Assembly (NCBI RefSeq): GCF_009834535.1
Contig: NC_045697.1
Coordinates: 684,001-748,000 of the forward strand
DNA from: Camelus ferus
Lineage: Eukaryota
Direction of reading: 5' to 3'
DNA length: 64,000 nucleotides
Shown piece after piece: positions 47,561-59,380 of this stretch. Each line of letters begins with the position of its first letter. The first letter of the stretch is position 1. Both the position numbers and the translations under genes were made by a program. A model generated the notes under the pieces. The model did no database searches and was not told the origin of the DNA. It saw only the letters and a list, made by a program, of their open reading frames with translations.

Positions 47561-48554
47561 CGTCAGAGCCTCGGCGGCTGCCCCGGGAGCACCAGACGGC
47601 TTCCTCCTCTCATCCCCGCAGCCGGTCGTCCCACCGGGCCTGGAGGAGCACCAGCCCCGCTGGGGGGCTCCGCTCCCTCATTTAGCCGTCAAAACCACCC
47701 AAGGAGGGTGGCGCCCACCTCCTTTGTCAAATGGGGAAACAGAGTCCCTGGGGAGCGGGGTTGCAGCTTCCCGCCCCCCACGGCGCAGCCTGTTCTCAGC
47801 GCCACGCCTGGACAGTGGCAAGGACAAGAGGCAGAACCGGGCTCGGGACACATCCGTGATGCCTGCGCAGGCAGGGCCACCGCCAGACCCCACCCGGCGT
47901 CCCCACCACCAGGGCCTGGAGGAGGGCCACCACGCAGCCCTGCTCCCACAGCCCCAGTGGATTTGAGGTCCTTCCTATAGGTTTCTCACCAAGACAGCAG
48001 CCCTGGGGTCGCTCTGTGTTCTCCAAAATGCACAGGGTCCAGCCCCGAGGACACTCGGGGTCTCCGAGCTTGTGCTGCGGAGGCCAAAGCTCTCCTTGAC
48101 TCTGGGCAGCCATGCTGCCTATGGCCAGGCTCTAGCCTGCCAGACCCAGGCCAGGGGGCACTCCGTCCCCACTGTGTCTCCCTCGGGGTCTCATCAGCTG
48201 CGAGTGGTGCTCAGGTGAGGAGCCAGTGGGAGGAGGGCCTTCCCTCAGAGAGGTGGGCTGCACCTAAGCACCCCCAACATCTCACTCCCTGTCCCTCTGT
48301 TTGGGGAGGAGGTACAATCGAAGCTCAGCCAACTCTGACCCCAAGGGGATGCAGACCACAGGATGGGCACCCAGAGCCGCATGGGGCAGCCACATCTGCC
48401 ACCTGCCTCCCACCACCACAGCCTGGGCCCTGCCCCTTGAAGGCACCTCCAGCCCACCCACCCCCACAAGTCCACGGGAGCCCAGACCCTGCTCAGCAGC
48501 CTCCACGCCTCACGTCCTCCTTGCCCTCCTCAGTCCCATGTGCTCTTCCACTTA

Positions 48555-49130
48555 CCTATTTTCTCAATTCAAGTGAAATTCACATAACCTGAAATGAACC
48601 ACTGTAAACCGTGTGTGTAACGGCATTAAGTGCATTCCCCACATAGGGCTCCCACCGCCACCACCGGAGTCCAGAACATTCCGTCATCCCCCAGAGAAAC
48701 CCCACACCCGTCAGTGGTCACTCTCATCCCCGCCCCCAGCCCCCAGCCCCCACCATCTGCTTTCTGTCCCACAGGTTGCAGTGCTGGACCTTTCGTGTAG
48801 ACGGATCACACGCTGGCGGCCTTTTACGTCTGGCCCCTTCCACTTGACACGGGGTCTCCAAGGTTCGACGCATCAGGCCTTCACTCCTGCTCACGGCTGC
48901 GTGATCCTCCCTCGAGCGGACGTACTGCACTGTTGTCCACCTGCTGGCTGAGGGACCCCTGGTGCTCCCACCTTTCAGTCACTGGGAAAGCGCCACTGTC
49001 AACATTCAAGTGCAGGTTGTGGTCTGAGCCCCCAGCTTCCCAGGGCACTGCCCTCCCAGGGCCACTTTCCCAAAGACACTGTCCGGTCACCCTGCCCGTC
49101 TCCTGTGGGATGAAGGAGGCCACCCGGCCA
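48555..49130 (-). mobile_element. LINE-1 3' end (L1MB-like), GC-shifted
   Basis: 'gtgaaattcacataac...ggcattaagtgcattc...tccagaacattccgtcatcccc...catctgctttctgtc...ctggacctttcgtgtagacggatcaca'. Confidence 0.8.
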
Positions 49131-49559
49131 GTGAGGGAGACCAGGCAACACACTGGCCCTCTCGGGGGGCACCCAGCAAGATTACCCAGAACCCCACCCC
49201 TCCCTAAGTCGCCAAGGCCAGTCGGCGTCACAGGGCACTCCATGGCGCCACCTGACTGCTGCTCCTGAGAGAGCCAGGGGTCCGGCGCAGCCCCGAGCCG
49301 ACCCATCCCAAGTCTCAGGGCCCCAGGGTGACCCTCCAACCTGCCACGAGCATGAAGCGCATTCTCCACCCCGGCACTTCCCCACACGTGGGGTTGTTCC
49401 ATCTTTTAAATGAGGGAAACAGTGACTTAGGAAATTGATGAGATAAAGTTTTTTCATGGCATTTGAGCTGGAACTTTACGATCTGCACTCAACCTTCAGT
49501 GGGAAGGTGGAGGGGGTGCCCCCTCTCTGGGGAGGGGGACATTGGGAGAGCTGGGTTTC

Positions 49560-49700
49560 TTGGATCCCACAATTTCCCTGATTAACTGATGCGGGAGGGG
49601 CCAGTCTCCCAGGCCAGCAAGAGGACACAGTGGCCACGGCCATAAAAATAGACTTCTGTTTGTTACACCCAGTTCTGCCAAAGTCATAAATTTATCCTGG
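49560..49700. promoter_or_regulatory. Candidate Hox/Cdx-type motif cluster
   Basis: TGATTAAC 49579-49586, CCATAAAA 49640-49647, GTCATAAA 49683-49690. Confidence 0.3.
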
Positions 49701-50295
49701 GCCCCCAAGCAGGCCAGAAGTCAACAGCATGGGGGCGGGTTGCTGCCAGGTGCGGGGGCTGGTCAGGCTTGGGGAGGGGCTGGGCCATAGTGAGCAGGTG
49801 AGAGTGTGACCAGCCAGGTCTGCCTTCTAGGGCCTCCTGGTTTTCCCGGGGCAGGATTTTTCACGAAGCAGGGCAATTTGTTTGATGAAGTCCTGCCCCC
49901 CTAAGACAGGTGTAGACCGAGAGCCCCTCAGCCCAACCGTAGTCGGCAAGCCCAGCTGGTGCAGAGCAAAGACATCAGAGGGGCTGCTCCGGGAAGTGCT
50001 CCGGCAGAGGGGGTGGCCGGAGAGGCTTCCCTGGGGCCCATCGGCCAGGTGCTGACAGGGTGGAGCCCCAGGTCTCCAGGCCCCTGGGTCTTACCTGGGC
50101 TTTGATGGAGGGACTGGATTCTCCCAGCTCTGGGCTGGCAGAGACAGGGGGCCACCAGGCCTGGGGATAGGGGGCAGGGCTGGGGGCACCAGGGGTAGGG
50201 GCCCAAGGATACCCTCATCTCCCTCTCCCCTGCCCACTGTCAGCCAGCCCCACCCTCTCCTGACTGAATCACTCTGACAGCCTCCTCTCCTACAG

Positions 50296-50820
50296 GCCTC
50301 CTCACCTGTCCCCCCTCACCTGTTCCCCCTCACCTGTCCCCCCGCACCTGTCGCGCCCCTCACCACTGGCCCCCTCCGCACCCGTCCCCCTTCCTTCAAC
50401 TGTCCCTTCATCACCTGTCCCCCCACCTGTCCCCCCCTCACCTGTCCCCCTCCATGACCCGTCCCACTCCTGACCCGTCCCCTTCCTCACCCACCTGTTC
50501 CCCCTCCTCACTGTCCCCACCTGTCCCCCTCCTGACCCGTCCCCCTCCTGACCCGTCCCCTTCCTCACCTGTCCCCTCCTCACCTGTCCCCCCCTCACCT
50601 GTCCCCCCTCCTCACCCGTCCCCCTCCTCACCTGTCCCCCCTCACCTGTCCCCCTCACCTGTCCCCCTCCTGACCCGTCCCCCTCCTGACCCGTCCCCTT
50701 CCTCACCTGTCCCCTCCTCACCTGTCCCCTCCTCACTTGTACCCCTTCTCACCTGTCCCCCTCACCTGTCCCCCCACCTGTCCCCCTCCTCAACTGTCCT
50801 CCTCCTCACCTGTCTCCCTC
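50296..50820. repeat. C-rich minisatellite, ~13-16-bp unit CCTCACCTGTCCCC
   Basis: Dozens of cctcacctgtcccc / cctgacccgtcccc variants over about 525 bp. Confidence 0.95.
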
Positions 50821-50989
50821 TATAGGCCTCCCATACGTCCAGTTGTGCGACAGCCAGTGTGAGTTCTCCAGAAGGAAGCCTAAGCCTGTCCTGCCTGGCA
50901 CCCTCTGGGTGAGGTTCAGATCCTGCAAAAACCTTGGGAGCTGGCTGTTTACCCCACTTCATCACTACCTGCTTCCCACCCACCACCAC

Positions 50990-51200
50990 CTTGTATCCAC
51001 CCTAACATCACCTGGTACCCAGCCTGCGGTTTCAGGCTGACTCACCTTTGCATATTTCCTCCCCCTGGGCTGCCTTCCTTTGGTTGGCAAAATTCAGCTC
51101 TTAAGACCCAGAGTTTATGTAATTTCTTTCATAAAACCCTTTCTATTCTTGTTTTCTTGCAGGGTTCTTATGATAAGTGACATAAACCAAATCAAAACAT
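50990..51200 (+). mobile_element. Probable L2 3' fragment
   Basis: 'cctttgcatatttcctccccctgggctgccttcc...ctcttaagacccag...ttctttcataaaaccctttct' resembles the L2 3' region. Confidence 0.45.
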
Positions 51201-51389
51201 GTCAACAGACACTTGTGTTTGCTTTAGATCCATGACGTGGGCAGGCCTCCTCACTTGGGCTCCCACCTCACCAAGGACACCCCACCTGTGTGTTCTGGCT
51301 GGACTAGAAACACCTACCAGGGTAGGCTGATTCCCACCCATACTGGCAGGAGGGTGGGTGCCTGGTCGGAAAGATGGGGAGAAAGAAGG

Positions 51390-51580
51390 ATGTACGGGTG
51401 ATGGAGAGATAGGTGAAGGGTAAGTGGGTGGGTGGGTGGGCGGACGGATGGTTTGATGGATGGATGGGTGGGTGGGTGGATGGACGGAAGGATAGGTGGA
51501 TGGATGGACGGACGGATGGTTTGATGGATGGATGGGTGGGTGGGGGGATGGATGGGGGGGTGGATGGATGGATGGATTGT
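51390..51580. repeat. (TGGA)n/(TGGG)n tetranucleotide repeat
   Basis: ggatggatgg and gggtgggtgg arrays; block cggacggatggtttgatggatggatgggtggg occurs twice. Confidence 0.9.
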
Positions 51581-53789
51581 TGAACAGCTGAGGGAAGCTC
51601 TCAATTCTTCTCAAGTGAACTCTTCCCCAGAATGAGCAGCCCCAGCCCCTCCATTCTTTCATCGCCATCTGTAGCCCAGTCACATTCTGCCCAGTTTCCT
51701 CTGGCCGCCCCGGGGCATCCTTGTCCTCGAAGGCCAAACTGCAGCTCCAGGGGCCTGAGCAAAGTGAGCCAGCTGCTGCTGGCATCTCCCTGGACGCCAG
51801 CTCTGTCACCTTTCCCTTTTCGGGGCCCCCTGCCACCAAGCTGGAGCAGTGCCGACACGGCAGCCGTCCCCTGGTGAGACTCGGCCAGAGGCTGCCCCTA
51901 GCAGCAGAGGGGGTCTGTCTCCAAACCACAGCTCATTTGATGCCCATAGGCAGGGCCTGGTCAGTCGGTGCTGCCCCAGCCCCACTTCCGCGTTGAACAG
52001 TGGTCATTACTCTCCCTGCCTGCCCGCTGCCCCATCGGGAGCTGAGATGAGGAGGTGCCTATGACCTGCGCAAGGGGAAGCAAGAAGTCTGGAGGTGGCC
52101 CGGGTCCCCCAGCACAGGAAGCTGGCACCCCGCAGCCCGAGACGGCTGTCCCAGAACCTGATTCGCTTTCCTTTGAGCTGTGGGAACTGAGCGGAAAGAG
52201 CTGGGCCGGGGTGTGCACGTGGGCCCCGTCGTCGTGCCTCCCCCGGGGCTGCGAGGCCTGGCGCCCCGAGGGGATGGTGCTCCCTCTGCCCTTCCCTGGC
52301 TGCCTGGTGCCTGTGGCCATCAGAGTGGCCCATGGGTGTGGCCTTCCCGCACAGGGGTCCTGCCACAGGTTTGCTAGTGAGAGCCCAGCTCCCAACCGCC
52401 CGGCTCCCAAGCCCTACGAACAGTCCCCTGTGTGCTGCTGTGTGAGAACTCCGTTTGGAGGGAGGTTCCAGTTTTACCTCCCACTCAAGAGCATCCCCAT
52501 CGCGGGCCCTGCCAAGGGCGAGGGCATGGGAACAGCGGGGCCTCAAGGAGCAGAGCGGCCCCTCTGGGCATCAGAGACAGACCTGCCGCACCCCAGACCC
52601 TCTGCTCACGGACAAGAGCGACCCCACATTTTGGGTGGAGAAGTCTCCTCTGGCCTCAGGGCTTTCTGTCTGCACCCCACCCCCGCGTTCCTTCACATAC
52701 TTAGGGGGTATGGGGTCTGGGGCGTCACAGGGAAGGGGTGAGTGGCCTGCTTACCTGTCTTCCGGAAGTGGCCGTGTCTACAGTCGGAGGCAGATGAGGT
52801 GCCTCAGGTCCACCCCCCGGCCCGCCAGCCCGTGACTTTCTGGCCCGTAACGCAGAATCGCGCTTCTCTGACCAAGAAGCTCACACTCTCCTCCAGGTGA
52901 TTCAAAGCTTCACAGCGCAAGTCCGCAGCCTTTTCTTTCTTTAACCCCAAACAAGTCTTCCTGCCAATCCTCAGAGTCATGAGGAATAGCCTGGGCTTGG
53001 GGAGGCTCTGGGTGCTCCAGAGACACCCCGGCGTCACCCCAGGGCTGCTTCTTGGGGGCTGACACCCCAGGTGGCCCCCACGTGGCCAGCTCTAGGGGCA
53101 CTGCCTGCTGGGAGGGGACACAGCCCCTTGGCTCCCGGCTCCGGTGCGGTGCTGGTCCTGCTCCGCATTGCTGCGTGACGGGGAGAAGTGGCCTGGCTTC
53201 CGTGAGACTCACTGTCCCTGTCTCGCTAGTCACTGTGACACCCAGAGTCAGTTTCCTGGGCTCCCTCTGCACCAGGCACCAGCCCGGCCACCAAAGGCAG
53301 ATGGAGTGTCCAGCTCACCCGCCATCCCACTGAGGCCCCAGGAGAGGGGGTCCCTGTGCCCATCCCTCTGGGGAGTCTCCGCGTGCCTGGCCCCGCGTGA
53401 GCACCTGGTCCCGCTCAGGGGTTGTGGGGACCTGAGGTGTGGCGAGGGGTCTGGGGGCCACGGACACTAACTGCCCTCTCAGACACAAGCCCACGGAAAC
53501 CAAGATGATCCCAGAGATGCCAGCATATCAGTCCTCTTTCCAAAAGAAACGGAAAGCGTGTCCGTGAACGGTCTCACCCTGGTAGGGGTGAGCAGCTCTC
53601 CGGGTTTCCACCCTGGGCGGGCAGACAGGCACAGCTGGTCACCTGCTCGAGCCCACGTCGAGCAGGCCCCAGGCGACGGCCCGACGCCCCGACGCCAGGG
53701 CTGCGGCTCCAGGCGGGCGCCTCCCACAGCGGCACGAGGACGTGGGGACACAGCATGGGCATCGAATAGTTGATCTTGAAGGCACTTCT

Positions 53790-54320
53790 GGTTTTCCATT
53801 TATAAAGCAGAGCGAGGCTATAAATCAGAAAAGTATTTATAGGGACTCACAGCAGCAGTAACAGGTTCGCGTGGCCAGCGTGTCTCTGTGACGATTCCAT
53901 CTTCCACGCTGACTTAAACACGAGAGAAAAAGGCTTTCCAGCTCAGGGCCCGCCGCACAGCCGCGGAGATTGAGTGCGTTTGTAATAATTCATGGACTTT
54001 TCACTTTCATTTTTCTACTGCCCCGGAATTACGTTCCACTATTAAAATGTGCTGTGACCGCCTGGCCGGGCGGGCCCTCCGCGTGTGCAGACACAAGGGA
54101 GCGGCCCCAGCCCGGCCAGCGGAGGAGGTGGGTGTGGACGGCTCAGCCGCGGCCGGCCCAGCACCGCCCCCGATGGAGAAGCCGCGCACTGCAGCCGCCA
54201 GCTCCCCGCACTGCGGGTGAGAACCCCAGGGCCGCCGTCTCCTCGTTCGCACGCGGCAATCAGAGCGAGGCCCCAGCCACCGACCGGCGAGGAGACAGCC
54301 GGGGAGAAGCAGCAGTCACG
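53790..54320. promoter_or_regulatory. Candidate enhancer with CpG-rich flank
   Basis: TTTATAAA, ATAAATCA 53820-53827, TATTTATAG, GTAATAATT and CTATTAAAA, followed by a CpG-dense stretch (about 54060-54320). Confidence 0.4.
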
Positions 54321-57039
54321 CCTGGTCCCTTGTGGGGACCCCCCTCCAGGATGCTGCCCGAGTTGTGCTGCCCCTCAGCCCAGGAAGCACACGCAGGGGA
54401 GGCCCCGGGTTTGTGGGCTGGGGAGGGGTAGCCGCAGGCTCGGAGCCTGGGCAGAGGGCCGCCCCGTCTACGCCCCCTCCCCTGGCCCCTAGGGCAGGCG
54501 CCAGTGAGCTCTCCCCCAGGCGACTGCAGAAGGCCGGAGGGGCCATGGTCCTCAGACTCACCTGGTCACAGTCACAAACACCTCCCAGGGGTGGCCGGGA
54601 GAGGCCTTCATCTGGGTCTCCTGAGGAAGCCCCCTACAGACCTCAAGGCTTATCCTCACCCCTCCAGAGCCCCAGCCCCAGGAGTGGGTGAGCTGGAAAC
54701 AAACGCCCAGCCCCAGAAAGCAGAGGTGGTGCGGGGAGGAAGTGCTGACGGTGGCATTTTGGGGAGAAATGACCTGGGGGAGACAGAGAAGAGGCACCTG
54801 GGCGTTTGCCAGGGAAGGAGATGGTGGGCGAGCAAGGACAGTGGGACGTGAGGGTCCCCCCCATTCAGATGCAGTACACCTCCCCCAGGAAGCCTGCCCA
54901 CCCAGCAGTGACCCCTGAGCTCTGCCAGCCCTGGGAGTGGCCACTCTGCCTGTGTGACCTTCACATCCTGTCCCTTCCATCACTGGGGACACCTTGGGCA
55001 GACTCAGAGGCTATCCAGGAAGCCCTGCTGAGACATGCCACTCAAAGGACCCCAAACCCAGGCTCTCCCCAGTGTCCTGCCCTGTCCACACCACCAGGCC
55101 CCACCTTGTCTCCTCTGGGCTGCTGGGCATCCCCTGCTGGCCCTCAGGTCCTGTGGCCTTTGTCTCCGGCAGGAGGGGAGGTCTGGAGTTACGCTCACTC
55201 CCTCTTGTGACAGATCTGGGGACGTGAAGCCATCCAACAAAATGTTGCAAATGACATCCGACCCACTTGCAGTCCAGCCTCCACCGTGTGTAAGGCTGAG
55301 CCCCGTTCGTGGGTTTGACCCTGTGGTGTCGGCCTCCCCCGGGGGTCTGGGGCGAGTGCTCAGGGGTGGTGGGCGGTGGCATGGGGACAGCGGGCAGCTT
55401 TGTCTCCCCTTGTCACCGCTTTCAGCCCCTTCTCCGGGGGAGACACAGAACAGCCCCATGAAGCCATGAGTGAAGAGGCACCAGGTAACAGTCAGGTCCT
55501 GGCCAAGTGGGGACCGTGCTGCACCTTATGCAGGAGTCACAGGAGCGGCCCCACCAAGAGCCCGGCCACTGGCCACCATGCTCCCCCGGCCTCTGCGGGC
55601 CAGGTAGGAAGGCTCCACACCCACCCGAAGGTGTCTGACCAACAGGAGGAAAGTCCAGGCCAGGGCTGGCTGCAGCATCCCCAGGGGCTGAGGGCCCCCC
55701 AGTAGCCAGGGGCTCTGCTCACTCACAGACCAGTGTTCTCCAGGGACCACGGCCCCAAGCAGGGAGCCCGAGGCTGGAAGCCAGAGTCGTCCCTCCCCCC
55801 AAGCCAGGCCTTCAGACCGCTGTCTAGTGGGGAGCAGAAATGTAGTGTGGCCCCAGCCCCCTGAGGTGATGGGGAAACTGAGGCTGGGGTGGGGAGCCAG
55901 AGGCGAGGCAGGCCTGGGCCCAGCCCGCCCCCAGGGCTGCCCAGGAGGATGGAACATTCCTCAAAGCCACTGCCTCCCTCAGCATGTGCGGGGCCATAGG
56001 GTCTGGGACCCTGGGGGAGCGTGGGAGCTCCAGTCCGTGGATGGGTCCCCAAGGGCCATGGCTGGGTGAGCTTCTGGAAACTCCAAGGCAGGTGGGAGCT
56101 TCCCTGGGGCCCCAGGGCCCACCCTACCTTGTCCCACCTGGCCGCCAGGCGCTCAGTCCCCAGGTCGGGAAGGAGGCTGGTGGGAGTGGGGAGGGGACGT
56201 GGACAGTGGGGCTGGGCTTTGAAGAAGGGGCAATGTGGTCGGAGCAGGACAAAGGCCTTTGGCGGGAAGGCCAAGCCCTGTCTGCACGGAGCATGTGGGA
56301 CGCGGGCAAATACACAGGGCACACGTGCGGGCAGCACAGATGTGGAGCCACCAGGGGCCGGGCCGCTGGGCCAGGAGGCGGCCAGTCTTGGACGGCAAGG
56401 ATGAAGGTGTGACCTCCTCAGGACAGAGGCTCCTACCTTCACCCAGCACCCACTTGTGGCTTCTGCCTAAGGGGCCTGGGGCCTACGTCCAGGACAGAAT
56501 GGGAGGGTGGCAGGTGAAGAAGTGTCACTTCTGGCACCCAGGACCCACATACGCACTTACCCACCACCTGCTGCGGGTGTGACCCACCCCGTGGCCAGGC
56601 TGCAGGTCAGGGGCCACCCTCCCATACAACTTGGTCTGCAGAGCTTTTGGGGTGGGGGGCGCCTGCCTGGTCCTTCCTCCCCACGAGGCAGCAGGGGTCA
56701 AGGGGGCTGGCTGGAGGCCAGACGCCAGGGACCCTCCTGGAGAGGAAGCAGAGTTCCCTGGCCAGGACGCTGTGGGTCAGTGCCCCTAAGTGCTGGAAAA
56801 CCTTGAGGGAGCACAGAGTGAGCAGCCCTGACCGGGGCTCTGAGCCTCAGGGAGGTGAGTGATGGGTGATGAGCCCCTCGCTGGCTCTGTCTGGGGGTGA
56901 GAGGGAGACACCCAGCCCCTGGGAAGAGGGGAGGCGGTCCCGGTCCTTGGGGGCCGCGACACAAGGGGAGTCCGGCAGGGGCCTTCCCGGCAGGGCTGCG
57001 TCAGCCAGCACGGAAGGCGCGGGATCAAAAGATGTTTTG

Positions 57040-57470
57040 CAGAATATTGACGCCGCACCTCCGCCCGGGGTGGCTCGGCTCAGAAATACAATATTCGCTG
57101 GGTCTTTTTCATAAAGGCCTTTATGGGTTTGGAAATTTAAACGCCACGGAGCCTGCGTCGAATTGGAAAGCAAAAGTCTCTAAGCCTGTACATCTTAAAG
57201 AGAAAAAAAATTCAATTAAGTGGGGTTTTAGCTGTTTCAATAAAATTGGACTCTCCCTGTTCAAGATAAGAGCTCTCCGGCACAGAGCAACCTCTGCGAG
57301 CCACTCGTCTCCACTCCTTCCGACGCGTAATCCTCGCTCAGAACACAATGCCCACAACAGGAAATCAATGTATAGTCGAATCAATTTGAAAATGTAAAAT
57401 AAACTAATATATGAGTGGAAAATCGACTTCCTATGGATTAAAGCAACACAAATCGTAGAAAAGTCTAGCT
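57040..57470. other. AT-rich island, either regulatory or an unrecognised old repeat
   Basis: TCATAAA/TTTATGG facing pair, CAATTAAGTG, CAATAAAA, AAATCAAT; right half very A-rich. Confidence 0.3.
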
Positions 57471-58704
57471 CTTTAGCAGGAGGAAGTGGCTGGGGGAAGG
57501 GGCTCAGGAGGGGGCCGGCGAGTGGACTCGGTTAGCTGCAGGAGGCTCTGTGGAGGGAGCACGCAGACCTGGAAGGGGCAGCTCTCTGTGGCCGGCCAGG
57601 AGCCGCAGATAGGCGTGTCCTGCCAGAGTTGGGAGCTGTTTGGAGCAGCTACAAACACTGCTGTCACAACCGTGTTTACAAGGGACCATTTTAAAGGGTG
57701 TCATAACGGCAACCCCAAGCGCAGCTCCCTGCGCGGGGCTGAGCGATGCCCTGCCACCTGCCCTGGGAAGCAGCCCCCACCCGCCCGCTGAGGCTGAGGC
57801 CAGGGCACAGCAAGGACCCTGCAGTGTGGACTAGGGCGAGAGCAGGTCAGCTGTTTCCCGGGGAGGCCAGCACCGCCTCAGGCCTGGGGGCCCCCTGCTC
57901 CCCAGTAGGTGTGGAGGATCCACTACCTTCTCTGCCCTGTGCCTCAGACACACCATGGGACGTATGGGGCAGTGCATGTCTATCCGCCCACCAGCTCATC
58001 GCAATCCATTTATGCACCTGTCCACTAAACCTCAGCCCCCCCCACCCCGCTAATTAGCCATCCACCCACCCCCCCCGTTATTCCTCCACTTACCCCGCCA
58101 CCAGCCCATCAGGCCATCCATGCCCAGCTCTCCATCCCCTAGACCACCTCCCAGTGCCTTTCTCCCCAGCAACCCCCCGGCCAGCCGCAGGCATCACCTC
58201 ACACCCCAGCATTCTGCCGTCCACGCACTCACCCCTCAGCCCACCGGCGATGGATGGTGGAGCGACAGCAGGCCTGTAAGCCCTCTGTGCAGGGCTCGTT
58301 CCGCCCATGGTGCTGCCACCCCCGGACTGCCCACCCCGAGGACCCCCTTCTCTCCACTCACTCAGCAAACCCCTGTGAGTGTGCGAAGGTCAATGAAAAG
58401 TTAAAATTGAAGATGTCAAAGCAGCATCGGTGCCCTGGCTAGGGGCGGGCGGCCCAGCACTCTTCTGGGAGCAGGGTGTCAACCGTGACAAAATAATGAC
58501 TGAAACTGTCCACACTCTCAGCCAGTGTGGATCTGGGCCAGCCTATGGGCAAAGCTGACCCCATCCAGCCCACCTTGCTGGTGTTCTAGAAGGAAACAGA
58601 CACATGAACGAGGCAACTTCACCCGGGGAAAGTAGTGGGGAGGGTGGCCTCCCAGGGACATGCCTTCTAACCCTCACTAATGCCCGGGGCAGGGGCCCTG
58701 TCGG

Positions 58705-58742
58705 CCCATTTTACAGAGCAGCAGACTGAGGCCGCAGGGCGA
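58705..58742 (-). mobile_element. MIR fragment
   Basis: 'cccattttacagagcagcagactgaggcc'. Confidence 0.6.
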
Positions 58743-59039
58743 TGGTGGTGGTCTCCTCTGCCTCCTTCTCCTCCCCTCCACCCAGTCAGGCTCCTGCTCA
58801 GTTGCCTGGCCACGCTGTCTCCCGAGAGCAGGGCCCCCATCCCTCCTGGACCTCCCCACGTTTCCCAGGACTGGCACCTTGTGTATCTAAGGTGCGAAGC
58901 TTCTGGGGCCCCCACAGCCCCACCAAGGGGGCTCAGGGTGAGCAGGCCGATGCCGAGCCAGCCGACAGGCACGGACAGGCTAGTTAGCAGAGTCCACCAT
59001 CAGGCGTAAGGTGGGGGAAGCTCAGTTTGTGAACACTTG

Positions 59040-59380
59040 GCCAATATGAATTAATGCCGTAGGGACGGATTTTGGACTAGATTGGACAGTCGCGTAGGCT
59101 GTGCCCAAGGCCCAGCAGCAACAGGAAAATTAGGGCATCATTAAATTACCTCGAAGGAAAAACGCGTGATCGGCAGCAGGGCTGGTAGGAAGATGACGGT
59201 TACTTACAAAAACCGTGCCGCTTGCGAATCTGCGCAAAATTATTTGCTCCTGGCGTAGTTTTATGGAGCTATCCACATATTATCTCCGCTGGCGAGTCCC
59301 AGCCCTGCGTATTAGCTAATGTCCACGGTTTAATTGGAAAGAGAACGGGCCAAATTGTAAATCGCTTTTCTGTCATCTGT
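59040..59380. promoter_or_regulatory. Candidate enhancer island retaining many CpGs
   Basis: GAATTAATG, CATTAAATTA, TTTTATGG 59259-59266, palindrome ATTAGCTAAT 59311-59320, TTAATTGG; many CpGs despite moderate GC content. Confidence 0.5.

Noticed and set aside
50302..50825. Gly/Arg/Glu-rich and Pro/Ser-rich repeat ORFs
   Set aside because: Translations of the C-rich minisatellite.
51192..51929. 245-aa ORF with HPSIHP repeats
   Set aside because: Typical translation artefact of (TGGA)n repeats.
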